Source of the DNA: Cetorhinus maximus
Taxonomy: Eukaryota
Length of the DNA: 64,000 bases
Reading direction: 5' to 3'
Assembly (NCBI RefSeq): GCF_964194155.1
Contig: NC_135893.1
Span: forward strand, 19,778,001 to 19,842,000
In this document: piece by piece, positions 23,221 through 35,649 of the stretch
How positions within the stretch are numbered: the stretch's first letter is position 1
Layout: every line of letters begins with the position of its first letter
Translations under genes and position numbers: made by a program
Notes under the pieces: model-generated
Database searches by the model: none
What the model was told of the DNA's origin: nothing
The model's input: the letters and a program-made list of their open reading frames with translations, nothing else

Positions 23221-23678
23221 ACTCTGTTCTATCCTTTTTAACACAAAGTGATGGCACTGTGTGTGTCAGAGACACGTAGAGTGACAGAGTCACAGTGTGT
23301 AACAGGAGCACATACAGGCAAAGGACAGAGAGAGGTGGAGACAAACATAGTGATGCAGAAACTTAGAAAGATGCGCTTCCTGCGCCCATTTCAGACGAGG
23401 GGGCGGGGCGGGGGTATACCAGGGTTTCTGGAACAGCCAATGGCTTTACTCTGATTCCGACCTTTCAATCCCTTCTTGCCCCTGGCATCAGATATCTCAA
23501 TAATTTTTTGAAGTTCAATTTAAGCTAGATACATGGTCTACATTTCTGTCAGTGACGTTTGCAGGGTGGCCGGGTGAAGGTTCAGTGCAACCCAAAGCCC
23601 CTCTGGTTGTGCGCGGTAAGAGCGGGGAGAGCTCGGTGTAAATGGCAGCATTTGATGATCTTGTTCACTGTGTTGCAG

Positions 23679-24822
23679 GTGTGCAGCCCCTCCTGAAGCT
23701 CGAGGAAGCCGCACTGTCCGCCGAATTGGAGCCGCTTGTCTTCTGTCCTTGGCTGCCTTGCTGGGGTCGATCTCCCTTGACCTGAATAGCAGCCTGAAAG
23801 CGTGGAGAGAAACGGAAAATGCGCTCCAGGCTCTGGCCTCCTGCAGAAACATTCTTCTCTTCCACCTGATCAGCCGGCTGCAAGAAGAACGCAGCTCCAT
23901 CTGGTGGGATCAGAACAAATCCTCGGTGACCACCGGCAACCTCTCCCACACTGTCCATGTTATGAAGCGGATCCACGCTATCTGTCATGAGCTGGCATTC
24001 GACATGCAGAGTGGCCAGTACGGGTGTTTGAAAGGAGAATTCACTTGTCATCAGTTTGTAAATGAAAGCACGGAGAGTCTGACTGCAGAATGGCCGGTTA
24101 ATGAAGATGAGGTGGACACTCTAATCTCATCTACTGTCTCCAGCCTGCTGGACGCCCTCCGGGACCCAGAGAGAGACATGAGCCCAGCCAAGTCTAACCA
24201 GGACTGGGCAGATGTGCTGTCACTCAGGTTGATACTTAGGGTCAAGGAAGCCATCTTCATGATTCACAGGTCACAGGTCACAGCATCCTCTTCTAGACAA
24301 GGTGACCAGCAGAGAACTTGGCATCAGATAATAACTAGCCTGAATCATGCCCTGTTCATGTCGGAAAACATGCAGAGATGTTGCAGAAAGAACATGAATC
24401 TCTCGCTACACTTTAGTCAGTACGAAGGAGTTTGTCTATTTAAACCTTCTACTTATTTTGTTTCTCAGACTGCTGACAGGGACGTGATACTTGGCGATAT
24501 TCAGCAGATCAGCGTTGTCCAGGATTGCTTGCTTCAGATGAGCAACCATTCAATGAGAAGGAAATCCAGGGATATTCTGTCGGCCGTGAGCTTTAGAATC
24601 ACCTTGCTGAGTACCGCCTGTCTCATTTACCCAATAGTGCTCCTGTCCTTCAAGCAGATGACAGAATGGATCCAGAACTATGCTCGGAGCCTGAAGGAGC
24701 GCACTGAAGACCTGAAGCGGCAGAGGCGCCTGGCTGAAGATCTCCTGCATCAGATGTTACCCAAGTCGGTGGCGAAACAGCTCCGAAGACACAAACACGT
24801 GGAAGCGGAGAGCTACGAACAG
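23679..24822 (+). CDS. Guanylyl cyclase exon 2 (1144 nt): TM1 - NIT-like sensor domain - TM2 - signalling coiled coil
   Basis: TM1 IGAACLLSLAALLGSISL (~23725-23778). NIT-like motif HLISRLQEERS (23863-23895). Second motif WADVLSLRLILRVKE. TM2 ITLLSTACLIYPIVLLSF (~24598-24651). YARSLKERTEDLKRQRRLAEDLLHQMLPKSVAKQL is the GC signalling helix. Donor CAG|GTAACG. Confidence 0.9.
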
Positions 24823-25924
24823 GTAACGTCAGTGGGTGGCTCGGCGACATTGCTCTGAGCATTCAGTTCAAAACTCTCTTATAAACGGCTCTCAAGCAGC
24901 AGAAACATTCAGAAACTTCCTCCGGAAGTAAAGTTTCAGTTGGTAAATTGCGGGTTTCCTCGCAGGGATATTCCACCTGTGGTCTTGCTTGGAGTAACAC
25001 GTTACTGTAAACAGGTTGGATCCCAGTGAGGCAAGTTTCAATCCGACTACCACACGACCCAGGCCGGTGAGGCGCACTGAAATTCCTCGTGAATAACGCG
25101 CGAAGGAAAATAACGCTCGCCCTCCAGACTGTCCCACACTCGGGATGGCCGGAGCAAGGTGAGCAGCCCCGCAGCAACCCTCCGGCTCCGACATCTCCTG
25201 GGGGAGGCAGACCCCTGGCTTTCTGGGCTACAGACCGAGACAAGTTTGGCCCTAACCCTGTTCTCTGGCTGCGGGACGGAGGTGACCCCAGGGTTCAGAT
25301 TTTGGTTTAAATTTGACCTGAATGCAGTGTCAAATGGCGATTTGATCGTAGACTCCTTGGAGTCGGTTTTGGGCTCAATCTCAGTACACGAACCCTCTCC
25401 TGCAGCCCATCTCTGGGCGTACAGAGTTCCGAGAAGAGTCCGGAGCCGCTCCCACAGCCTCATTGAAGTTCAGGGTGGCTTTCCTGCTTTGCCCGCTGAA
25501 ATTGGGGGCTGTGTGCATGGTTGAGATGTCGGCCTCATCCTCTGAGCGCGGGCACACACTGTTAATGTTCCAATGAGCAATAGATTGAATCAGCCCAGGA
25601 ATATTTGACAGCAAAACAACAGCAACGTCACTTTTCTAAAACTGCCCCAAAACAGAGGGAGGCACTGGAGACGAAACCCTGGTTAAAGAGTTGGGATTGA
25701 GAAGGTTTTTACTGATGGAGACAGAAAGGGGTTTAGGAAGCGAGTCTATGGTCCTCAGTACAAAGAGGGATAGACTGGAGTTATACCGTTTTTTGCACAG
25801 CGAGTGTTGGCACTTTCGAAGCCATTGTTTGCTTCATGAATATTCATAGCAGGTATTCACCAGTTAGTCCTGGCTCACACACCTCACTATTTCTGCAGCA
25901 ATATAGCCCAGTCGAAATCAGTTT

Positions 25925-27700
25925 GCTCACCCCCAACTAGTGAGAAGGATACAAAGGAACAAGTTTGCAGGGAAATTCCAGAGAGATGCAAGAATTATCG
26001 GAGAGTTATAATGGGAGACTTTAATTATCTCGATATAGACTGTAATAGTAATAGTGGAAAGGGCGGAGAGGGGGAAGAGTTTCTAAAGTATGTTCAGGAT
26101 AATTTTCTACATCTGTATTTTTCCAGTCCAATGAGAAAGGAGGCATTGCCGGATCGGGTTCTGGGGAATGAGTGAATCAAGTGTCAATCGGGGCAGTGGG
26201 CCAGTGACCATAGCACCATAAAGTTTAGGTTGGCTATGAAAAAGAATAACAAAGTAAAAAACTTAATTGGAGGGTCGCCAACTTCAGTGGGGCGATAACA
26301 GATCTGGCCCATGTAAATTGGAATCAAACAGTACCAAGCAAAACTGTAACAGAACAAACAGAAATAGTTTGGATACATCAAGGTACATTCCCACAAGGGA
26401 GAAAGGTATAGAGAGTAAAATGAAGCAGAAAAAGGGTGCATATGACAGATGTCAGGTGGATAATAAATCAAAAACCAGACTAAATAGAGAAGGTTCAGAG
26501 GGGGAATGAAAAAACACTGCCCGAATTCTAAAGATGGAGGATGAGAAGAGAGTGGAGCTAACATAAAAGGGAATCCAAAAGTCTTCTATAGGCATAGAGT
26601 ATATGTAGTAAAAGGTAAAATGATGAGTGGGTCCAATTAGGGACCTAAAAGGGAACTCATACATGGAGGTAGGGGCATTGCTGAGATACTGAATGAGTAT
26701 TTTGCATCTGTCTTTAGAAGAAGGTACTGCCTAAGTCAAAGTGAAAGAAGAGGTAATTGATACAATGGATGGGCTAAAAATTGATAAAGATGAAGTATTA
26801 GATCGCTGGCTGTACTTAAAGTTGCAAATGTTCAAGTAAGGGTGTAAGTATAAGCCCAGCAATTACAGCACAGTCAGTTTAATTTTGGTGGTGGGAAAGC
26901 TTTTAGAAATGATAATCTAGGTCAAAATTCACAGTCATTTGGACAAATCTGGATTAATTAAGGAATTCCAGCACAGATTTGTTAAGTGGCGGTTAACTAA
27001 CTTGATTGAGTTTTTTGATGAGGTAACAGAGTAGATTAATGAGGGTAATGTGGTATATATGGACTTCCAAAAGACATTTGATAAAGTGCCACATAAGAGG
27101 CTTGTCAGCAAAGTTAGAGCCCATTGAATAAAAGGGACAATGCAAGCATGGATGCAAAATTGGCTAAGTGACAGGAAAGGGGGAGTAATGATGAAAGTTT
27201 GTTTTTTGGACTGAAGGAAGGTATGTAGTGGGGTTCCACAGTTGTTGGTGTTCAGATCCTTGCTTTTCTTGATATTTATTAATGACATAGACTTGGGTGT
27301 ACAGAGCACAATTTGTAGATGATAGAAAACTTAAAAGTATTGTGAACTGAAAGGAGGGTAGTGTTGGACTTTAAGAGGACCATTAACAGGCTGGTGGAAT
27401 GGACAGACACATAAAGACATTTAATGCAGATAAGTGCGAAGTGATTCATTTTGGTAAGAAGAACGAGAAGAGGAAATTTAAGTAAAGGGCATAATTCTAA
27501 AGGGGGTGCAGGAGCAGAGAAACCATGTGCACAAATCATTGAAGATGGCAAGGCAGGTTGAGGATTACGGGATGCTGGGCTTTAAAAATAGGGACATGGA
27601 GCACAAGAGCAAGGAAGTTATGATAAACCTGTATGAAGCACTGGGTCGGATTCAGCTGGAGTAGTGTGTCTAGTCCACAACTGGGAAGGATGTGGACTAG
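25925..27700 (+). mobile_element. Degraded CR1 LINE (APE to RT region) in GC intron 2
   Basis: IMGDFNY, YMDFQKTFDKVPHKRL and GVPQ..FLIFIND-type remnants with stops and frameshifts. Confidence 0.85.
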
Positions 27701-28809
27701 TATGCCTGCCCTATCCAGTAGGATAATTTGGTAGAATCTGAATTTAACCTAAGTATCTGAATTCCTTGGAGGAGACATATTCAGGAATCTTGACCCATAC
27801 TGGGGTTGTTGTTTTTCAGGATCCAGCTTTACTTTCATTTCTGTGTTCTTATGAAGAGGTTTCCAGTGAACGCGGCAGGTCACAACCTCATGCAATTTAA
27901 CTCCAACTTTGGTGATATCTGGACAAAGCCTGGACATACACCTCAACCAAAACACCATTAGCATTTGCAACAAATTACATGTAAACGTTTCATGACGAGT
28001 ACATAAATTTCTAAAAGTGTTTGTAAATTCTGGTTATTTTTATAAATTAATTTGGCATTTTAAAACCCCTCCCAGAGGCTGCAGAGTAAAACATGATTCA
28101 GCGGGACAAGAAAGGTCTCAATTCAGGAACACGGTCCGAAACAAGCTCAGTTTTGAAGAATGCAGGATTCGTGCAGAGTAAGTGAGCTGGAGAAGCTCTT
28201 TCTAATTGCAGGCCCAAACCTTTTCAGGGCAGTAAATTACTGTCAGGTGTGGCCAAACAGGCGCGTTTATTTGCATCTGAAAGCTGCTCATCGGTATCAT
28301 TCCTGCAAAATAATTACAAATAATTAGCCAATTATCAATCAATTTAAAAAGAAAAAAATATCGAGTATGGAGTGAAAAATAAGCGGCTACCTCCACGTAG
28401 TCCAAAAGCAGGATGCTAGGTCATTTGAAAAGACGTGCATTTTGTGTCCATAGCTATTAACGATGCCCCATATTTGTATGCCTCATTGTATGCCAGGTGG
28501 GGCACGGAGAATTTCAGGTATTTTTCTGGCGACACAACACAAAAGATGCTGCTCTTACAGCTCAGCTAGTGACATCTACATATATAAGTGCACTGGAAAC
28601 CCTTCAAATCTCAATCTCTAGTGCCATTGTACATCGTTGCCCTCAGATCCTAAGCTCTATCGCACGGACAATGCTCGAGGCAACACTGAGAGTACAGTCG
28701 AAGGAAATCGGTGCAGCCCCATAGGCTATCAGTGTAGTAGTGAACCCGCTCTTTTCACTGGATTAAGTGACTTAAAATTCAGTAACGGAAAGCCAAAGAT
28801 GAACCATAT

Positions 28810-29482
28810 TCACATACATACATCAGGACAAGTTGTTAAGGCTGTTTAAAATAAATTGGATACTTGGATTTATAAATAGAGGCATGGATACAAAAGAAGA
28901 GTACTGTGGTAAAACTTTATAACTCACTTGTTAGGACTCAGTTAGAGTAGTGTGTGCAATTCTAGGCACTGCTCTTTAGGAAGACTATCAAGACCTTTGG
29001 AGGGGGTGGTGAATGCAGAGATGATTTACTAGAATGGTACCACGGATGAGGGACCTCAGTTATCTGGATAGAATGGAGCAGTTGGCATTATTCTCCTTAC
29101 AGCAGAGGTTAAATAGAAGATTTGAAAGAGGTGTTCAAAATTATGAAGGGTACTGGGAGTGCCCAGAGAGAAACCATTTCAGCTGGAAAGTGGGTCGGTA
29201 ACCAGAGGACACAAATTTAAGAGAACTGGCAAAAGAATCGGAGGGATGATGATTTTTTTTAACGTGGTGAATTGTTAAAGATTTGAAATGCACTGCTGAG
29301 AAGGTGTTGTAAGCAGACTCGATGTAACTTTCAAAAGGGAATCGAGTCTATACATGAAAATGAGAAAATCATTGCAGGGCTATGGGGAAAGAGTCGGAAG
29401 TGGGACGGATTGGACAGCTCTTTCAAAGAGACAACACAGGCACGATGGCCGAATGACCTCCATTTGTGCAATCATTCTATGA
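28810..29482 (+). mobile_element. CR1 LINE 3' fragment
   Basis: ggatttataaatagaggcat..., accagaggacacaaatttaa, and tail gatggccgaatgacctcc...attctatga. Confidence 0.8.
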
Positions 29483-29867
29483 TATCGGCCTTGAAATCAT
29501 ACCTCGGGATAACTGATCTGGGAAAGTTTTTAAAAATTCGTCTAAATCTTCTCTGCATTACACGTCGGAATGTAAGGTCACTGTGTTCAAAGATTAAAAA
29601 GAGATAAGTAAATCCAGTTGTATTAACGCACCGCGCACCTGAAGCTGGTATTCTGGGTAGTAAATCTAGCAGGGAATTGCACCTTTACACTTCTCACTAT
29701 GCAGGCATTGCTAATCATGTAAATATAGGTCGGCCTGTTACCCATGTTCAGGCTAAGCTCAAGACCATTGTTTCACAGCGTATGTGCAACGTTGAACTGG
29801 GGAACAGGTACAGTCTTCTTAATTTAGCATCTGTACAAATTTATATTTTGTTTTAAATTATTGGCAG

Positions 29868-30002
29868 GTGTCAATTTATTTCTCGGACATTGTAGGATTC
29901 ACCACCATCGCTGCCTCGTGTACACCTCTGCAGGTAGTGGAGATGTTGAACAATCTGTACATGTGTTTTGATACCAGGATCGAATCATACGACGTATACA
30001 AG
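29868..30002 (+). CDS. Guanylyl cyclase exon 3 (start of catalytic domain)
   Basis: ttggcag|[45 protein letters not shown]|GTACAA; first metal-binding Asp present. Confidence 0.95.
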
Positions 30003-30655
30003 GTACAAAGTCAACATGAGTTGGTAACTAATCCCAGGATCAGTAATATCAAGACAGTTAAGACAATGATCTGTGGTCAGACCATTGATAGTTTTTACAC
30101 TGTACAATATGTTTCATGGGCATTCATGAGGCACGATGACTATCTCCATTCACGGGGCTGACCATAACCTACTCCTGACTTTGTGAAGATCTAGGACTTC
30201 AGTCACAAGGGTGAGGTGAGATGGGGTCTGGTCTGATTTTAGGGAATTGACATCCAGGTTTCTTGACACAAACTCCCAATGTGCCACAGATATGATGAAA
30301 AATTAGAGGAAGAACGATAAAAAATTAACGAGTCCATACGTCTTTTTTTGTTATTAGCTTAAAAACGATGACAACTGGGATTACGTATGTTTACTTAAAA
30401 TGAGAGGGGCTATCAGTTAGCCAGTGAGTACGTGATAGTTGTATATAAATCTCAGTTGCAAATCATCAATATGTTATATGATATTATTAGTCATGTGACC
30501 ATAGAATGACTAAAATGGCCAAACTTGTTCCTGGGTCAGTGCAGAGCAAGTCTGCAGCCAGGGCCAGCAGAATCACAAAATGGATCCAGCAGAGCAGTAG
30601 GCCATTCGACCCTTTGTGTCTGTGCTGGCTCACTAAAGGAACAATTCACCTAATG

Positions 30656-31961
30656 TAGTGGTTCCCAGTGGTTCACTAGTAGCACTAGTTTCAGGGGTAT
30701 GCGGGAAAAATCCCTAATGGCAGAAGCAGAAGTGTTTGTACACCAACATTATAGGAAAATTACATCTATTGGTTTGGCGCCCACCAAATGATCGGGGCCT
30801 GGGCTCTCGTTGGCTGAGTGACCTGTCATTCAGGATGGTCACTGTCCACAGGAGCCAATCTGCTATGTAGACCATCCTGATTAACAGGCTACAACAAAAA
30901 CAGAAAATGCTGGAAAAACTCAGCAGATCTAGCAGCATCTGTGGAGAGAGAAACAGAGTTAACGTTTCAAGTCCGTATGACCCTTCTTCAGAGCTGATTA
31001 ACAGGCTGCTTGGCTGATGTTGCTGACAACAGCAATCATTGGCCCAGCAGAACGCGCCTTGACTCGCACTTCATGACTGAACTTGAAGCTGGAGAGTCTT
31101 CTGCTTGGTCTCTGGAGTCGTGTGCCCCGCACTTGCAAAGGCCGGTTCCCCCACGCCTGACCTCATCTGTAAATCCTTGCCACTTCGATGATGTTTTCTG
31201 TGGCCCTGGCCTGGGCACTGCTCTCCCAGCCTCTCTAAATCCTGAAGGAGGACTTCAGCATTTAGAGAAAATGCCAGGAGGGGAAGGGTCCTGGGCCACA
31301 AACAGACACCATGTCTGTGGTCCATGGCCCTTCCCCTCCCAATCTCTTCCAAGTCTGGAAGTTGTCCCCCAGTCCAGTCCCTCAATGATGGGTCTGTGCC
31401 CCAGGGCCCTTACGTCTTCTCTGGGATCTTTTCTGCGTCCTCCCTCAGTCCCTGCACACATTGTCGAAGGATTGGGGGAGGACTTTTGTCCATCAGAATG
31501 GTAAGGTGCTGCTTCTCTTGCTAGTAGAAAATCGAATATGCCTTTACTGCATCTCTATAGAGATGTGCCCTCACACCCAATATTAAAGGCTCCATTTAGT
31601 GGTGACTGGCGGCATAATCTGGCCAGAATGAAAATGATTGGGCCACTCCCCCATCAATCACACCTGGAGTCTAGCAATTCTGTAAGTAACTAGGTTTGAT
31701 TTTATGCATCCAATTTGTATTAAGTAGCTATCCTTCATTTATTGCATTTTGCTGAATAATGATAATGTAATTACTAATAGTGTGCAATAAAGTGTGTCAA
31801 TAAACATGTCAATAAACAAATATTATATTTCCAAGATCACTGGTTTTATAATTCTTACTCAGGTAAGGGTGAAAATTCCAGGAAAATATTTATTTTTAGG
31901 AGGGGGTTCATGAAATTTGGCATTTTGATGAAAGGCAGGATGTTAAAGTTGGGAACCACTA
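30656..31961. mobile_element. Non-autonomous hAT (Charlie-type) DNA transposon nested in a CR1 3' end
   Basis: TIR TAGTGGTTCCCA ... TGGGAACCACTA. 8-bp TSD ACCTAATG (30648-30655) / ACCTAGTG (31962-31969). Flanks rejoin as one CR1 tail (~30570-32230). Confidence 0.8.
30891..30993 (-). mobile_element. ~103-bp Penelope terminal insertion with hammerhead motif (30956-30993) and perfect 14-bp TSD
   Basis: TSD CTGATTAACAGGCT at 30877-30890 and 30994-31007. - strand CTGAAGA-A-GGGTC-ATACG-GACTT-GAAAC-GTT-AACT. Confidence 0.85.
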
Positions 31962-32269
31962 ACCTAGTGCCATTCCCCCACTTTCTCCCTGTAGCCCTGT
32001 ATGTTCTTCCTTTTCAGCTAATAATCCAATTCCCTCTTGAATGTCTCAGTTGAACCTGCCTCCACCACAGTCTTAGGCAGTGCATTCCAGATCCCAACCA
32101 CTCGCTGCCTGAAAAAGTTTTTCCTCATTTAATCATTGTTTCTTTTGCCAGTTACCTTAAATTTGTGCCCTCTGGTTTTCGATCCTTCCACCAATGGGAA
32201 CAGTTTCTCCCTATTTATTCTGTCCAGAAGGTGCTTTTTATTTATGGGATTATTATTCTAGTGCTTACC

Positions 32270-32700
32270 TGGCCAGCCTTTTCCCTTTCACTCTCTGTAG
32301 ACTACAGTTCTAAAACTCTGCTGTGCGTATCTTGACTCACACCAAGTCCTGTTCACCCATCACCCCTGTGGTTGCTGACATACACTGACTCCCAGTCCAG
32401 CAATGCTGGATTTTAAAATTCTCATTCTTGTGTTCAAATCTTTCCATGCCCTTACCCCTCCCTATCTCTGTGACCTGCAGCCCCACAACCCTGTGCCTCC
32501 AGCTGCCTAGGCACTAAGCTCTGGAATTTCCTCCCTCTACCTCTCTGTCTCTTTCTCCTTTAAAACCTTCTTTACAATCTACCTGTTTGACTAAGCTTTC
32601 AGTCACATGTCAAAATATCTCCTTAATGGCAGAGTGTCAAAACTACTTCTGATAGTGTTCCTGTGAATACTAAAGGTGCTATATGAATTTAAATTCTTGT
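32270..32700 (+). mobile_element. L2 LINE 3' fragment
   Basis: aaactctgctg...cccatcacccctgt...ttttaaaattctcattcttgtgttcaaatc...ctctggaatt...tttgactaagcttt...taaaggtgctatat (typical L2 end). Confidence 0.75.
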
Positions 32701-33599
32701 TGGATGAATCTTAGATAGTCAACAAGAGACCATCTGAAATATTCAGAAATGGCATTTAAACAAAAAAAAAAATCAACATTTGTGATGGATTCACTTTCTT
32801 TCAACATGAACTGTGGCTCTCCTTGCTGTTTATCAACAGAATGTGCCTGTGCTCTTCCCTCATTGCTGACTAACCAAGAATCTGTATAACGTCAGAGGTT
32901 GGTGTTGTGCATTCCCAGTTATAATCACTCCACCATTAGTGGCCAAGCCTTCAGTTGCCTAGGCCCAAGCTCCGGAATTCCTTTCCTACACCCCTCTGCC
33001 TCGCTACTTTTTCTTTCCTTCTTTAAGGTAATCTTTAAAACATATTTTAAAAATTTATTTGTTCATGAGATGTGGGCATTGCTGGCTAGCAATTATTGCC
33101 CATCCTTAATTGCTCTTGAGAAGATGGTGGTGAGTCATTATCTTGAAACGCTGTAGTGGTGTGGTAACACCCACAGTGCTGTTATGATCAATGATCATAA
33201 TCATCTATGGTCAAGTTTTTGGTCATCTAACCTAATATCTACTTACATGGTTCGGTGTCATACTTGGATCTGTGAAACACCTGAGATGTTTATGTTAAAG
33301 TTATTATATAAATGTAAGTTTTTGTGGTTATTGTACATTGAATGGTTCTATGAATGCAACCCAATACCCTTCCTTGTGGCTACAACTTCTCTGCTTTGGC
33401 CATGAACGTTGATAAGTCCTTACAAAATAACACCTGGATCCTTTTTCTCTCACCACCAATGTCGGCAGTCCTCCATGTAAATGCTGAAATTTATTGATGC
33501 CCTCTATTCGACCCCTCATCAATGTTTACCCACATGCCCTCTCCTTATTATAATTTCCTTGCTACCTACTCTGGTGCTGTCTCCCTGGTCCATTTCCAT

Positions 33600-34140
33600 G
33601 AATGCAACAATCATCCTTGCCATTTTCACCTCTAGACTTGATCATTCCAATGGTCGCCCGACTATCCTCCCATTCTCCATCAACATTACCTCATTCAAAA
33701 CTCTGCTGTCCATGTCCCATTCTGCACAAAATCCTGTTTGCTCATTATCCCCTGGCTTCACTAATGTAAATTAGCTCAAGGTCCTCCAGTAACTCAAATT
33801 TACAATTTTCATCTTCACGTTTAACACAATTTATGGCCTTACCCCTCCTGATCTCTATAACCTTCTCTAGTCTTATAACTCCACTCCCCGATAGTCTGTT
33901 CCCCGAATCTGGCCTCTTGTTCAAAAAAACCTCCTAATCAATTGGGAGCTGCTCCTTCAGTTGCCTAAACACCACAATCTGGAATTTCATTCCTAAACCC
34001 ACCTACTTCTCTATCTCTACCTTTTTTTTTAAAACTTTCCTTAAAATCCAACTCTTTGACCAAGCTTTTGGTCATCTCTCCTAATATCTCCTTCTTTGGC
34101 TAGGCATCCAATTTTTGATTACACCTCTGTGCAGTGACTT
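33600..34140 (+). mobile_element. L2 LINE 3' fragment
   Basis: acctctagacttgatcattccaat (TSRLDHSN, cf. SRLDYCN), caaaactctgctg, ctctttgaccaagcttttggtca. Confidence 0.75.
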
Positions 34141-34159
34141 AAGATGATTTTCCAAACTT

Positions 34160-34590
34160 TTTTTAAAAAAAGGAAAGAGAGGCTTTCATTGAGATATCCA
34201 AGGTTATCAAAGGTGATATATGAAAGTGTTTTACAGCCAATAAAGTACTTTTTAAGTGTAGTCACTGTTGTAATGTGGCAAATGCAGTGGCCAATTTGCA
34301 CACAGCAAGGTTCCACAAACCAAATTTGTTTTAGTTATGTTGAGTGAGGAAACAAAGGAAAATTTTCTTTGAAATAGTGCCATGGGATCATTTGCATACA
34401 CTTGAGAAGGCAGATGGAGGCCACAGTTAAACATCTCATCTGAAAAACAGCACACTACCGGTGCAGCACTCTCAGTACTGCACTGGATGTGTCCGCCTGG
34501 CATATGTGCTCAAGTCCCTGGTGTGGAACTTACAGCCACAACCTTCTGAATCAAAGATAAGATTGCTGCCATTGAGCCATAGCTGACTAG
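34160..34590 (-). mobile_element. Deu-domain SINE (DeuSINE; AmnSINE1/SacSINE1-related)
   Basis: Deu core as + strand gaaatagtgccatgggatc...aaacatctcatctgaaa..cagcac...gcagcactctcagtactgcact. tRNA-like head near 34590, L2-like tail near 34160. Confidence 0.8.
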
Positions 34591-34803
34591 GGTATGGTGA
34601 CATTATATGAAAACAAGATGTTGTGGTGTCTGGCCATATGTGCATTTCTTAGTGTTTCCCAAACTGCCCTCACTCTGCTCTCTGCCCAGGTGTTCTCCCC
34701 TTTGTGTTATCCCATGTGTTCTCTGTGGTTTCCAGCATTATACTAAAAGCTCAATTTATTTTATAACCTAATCTGCATTTACTTCATTTTTTTCCTGATC
34801 AAG

Positions 34804-34978
34804 GTGGAGACAATTGGAGATGCTTACATGGTGGTAAGTGGCCTCCCTGAACGGAAAGGGACCAAACATGCTGATGAGATTGCAAAGATGGCCCTGGATC
34901 TAGTAGCAGCTGTAAGACAAGTGCCAATTCCTCATATGCCAACAGAAAGACTGCAGCTGCGGGTTGGCATTCACACAG
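34804..34978 (+). CDS. Guanylyl cyclase exon 4 (175 nt)
   Basis: [33 protein letters not shown]...[10 protein letters not shown]; guanine-specifying Glu and second metal Asp. Phase-1 donor G|GTCTGC. Confidence 0.95.
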
Positions 34979-35006
34979 GTCTGCAACTCTGACAGTGATC
35001 CTAGAG

Positions 35007-35352
35007 CAGGGATGGGGAACCTTTTTCTTATTATGGGTCATTCACACATAGACAAAATCAGTCACGGACCCCACACACACCAAAATCAACTTAATTTAGT
35101 TTTTTTTAGAGAGAATATAGAAACATTCAACTCACCCGCTGTTTTAATGCGATGGCTGAATTTAATATTTAACATTCATTATAGTAATTTAGATGACGTT
35201 TTTATCCAAAGCATATTTGTTACAATGATGATAAATATTATTTTGAAGGTGCTATTGTCATTGGTTTACATTTTTAGAAATCTTGCTGCGGGCCGGATGA
35301 AATTGAGCAATGGACTGGATCTGGCCCATGGGCCATAGGTTCCCTACCCCTG
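35007..35352. mobile_element. hAT-Charlie-type MITE 28 bp downstream of GC exon 4
   Basis: TIR CAGGGATGGGGAACCT / AGGTTCCCTACCCCTG; TSD TCCTAGAG / CCCTAGAG. Confidence 0.85.
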
Positions 35353-35649
35353 CCCTAGAGAATGTGCCTTTGTGTCTATTTCTCTCATTTAATATCCAAT
35401 AGATCATGTCTTGGAGTCTAACCCATCATTCCCCATAGATTGTGTCTTTGGTTCTATTTCTATTATTCCCTGTAGATTGTGGCTTTGACTAATTGTTTCA
35501 AATGGATTGTAGCCCTAATACCTTCAGATGTGTGCAGTGCAGTTTCTGGAGGGTAATATTAGATAGCAAATATTACCTTTTACATTGAGTATAACTGACA
35601 CCTACCACATTAAAAATAATCCCAAAGCACTTCACATAACAAATTCAAT

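Noticed and set aside
24823-25560. Overlapping 100-138-aa ORFs after GC exon 2
   Set aside because: GC/CpG-rich intronic sequence with no domain-like content; exon 2 already splices in phase to exon 3.
31010-31504. 164-aa ORF inside GC intron 3
   Set aside because: Non-ATG start, no recognisable motif, and it lies within a TIR/TSD-bounded transposon.
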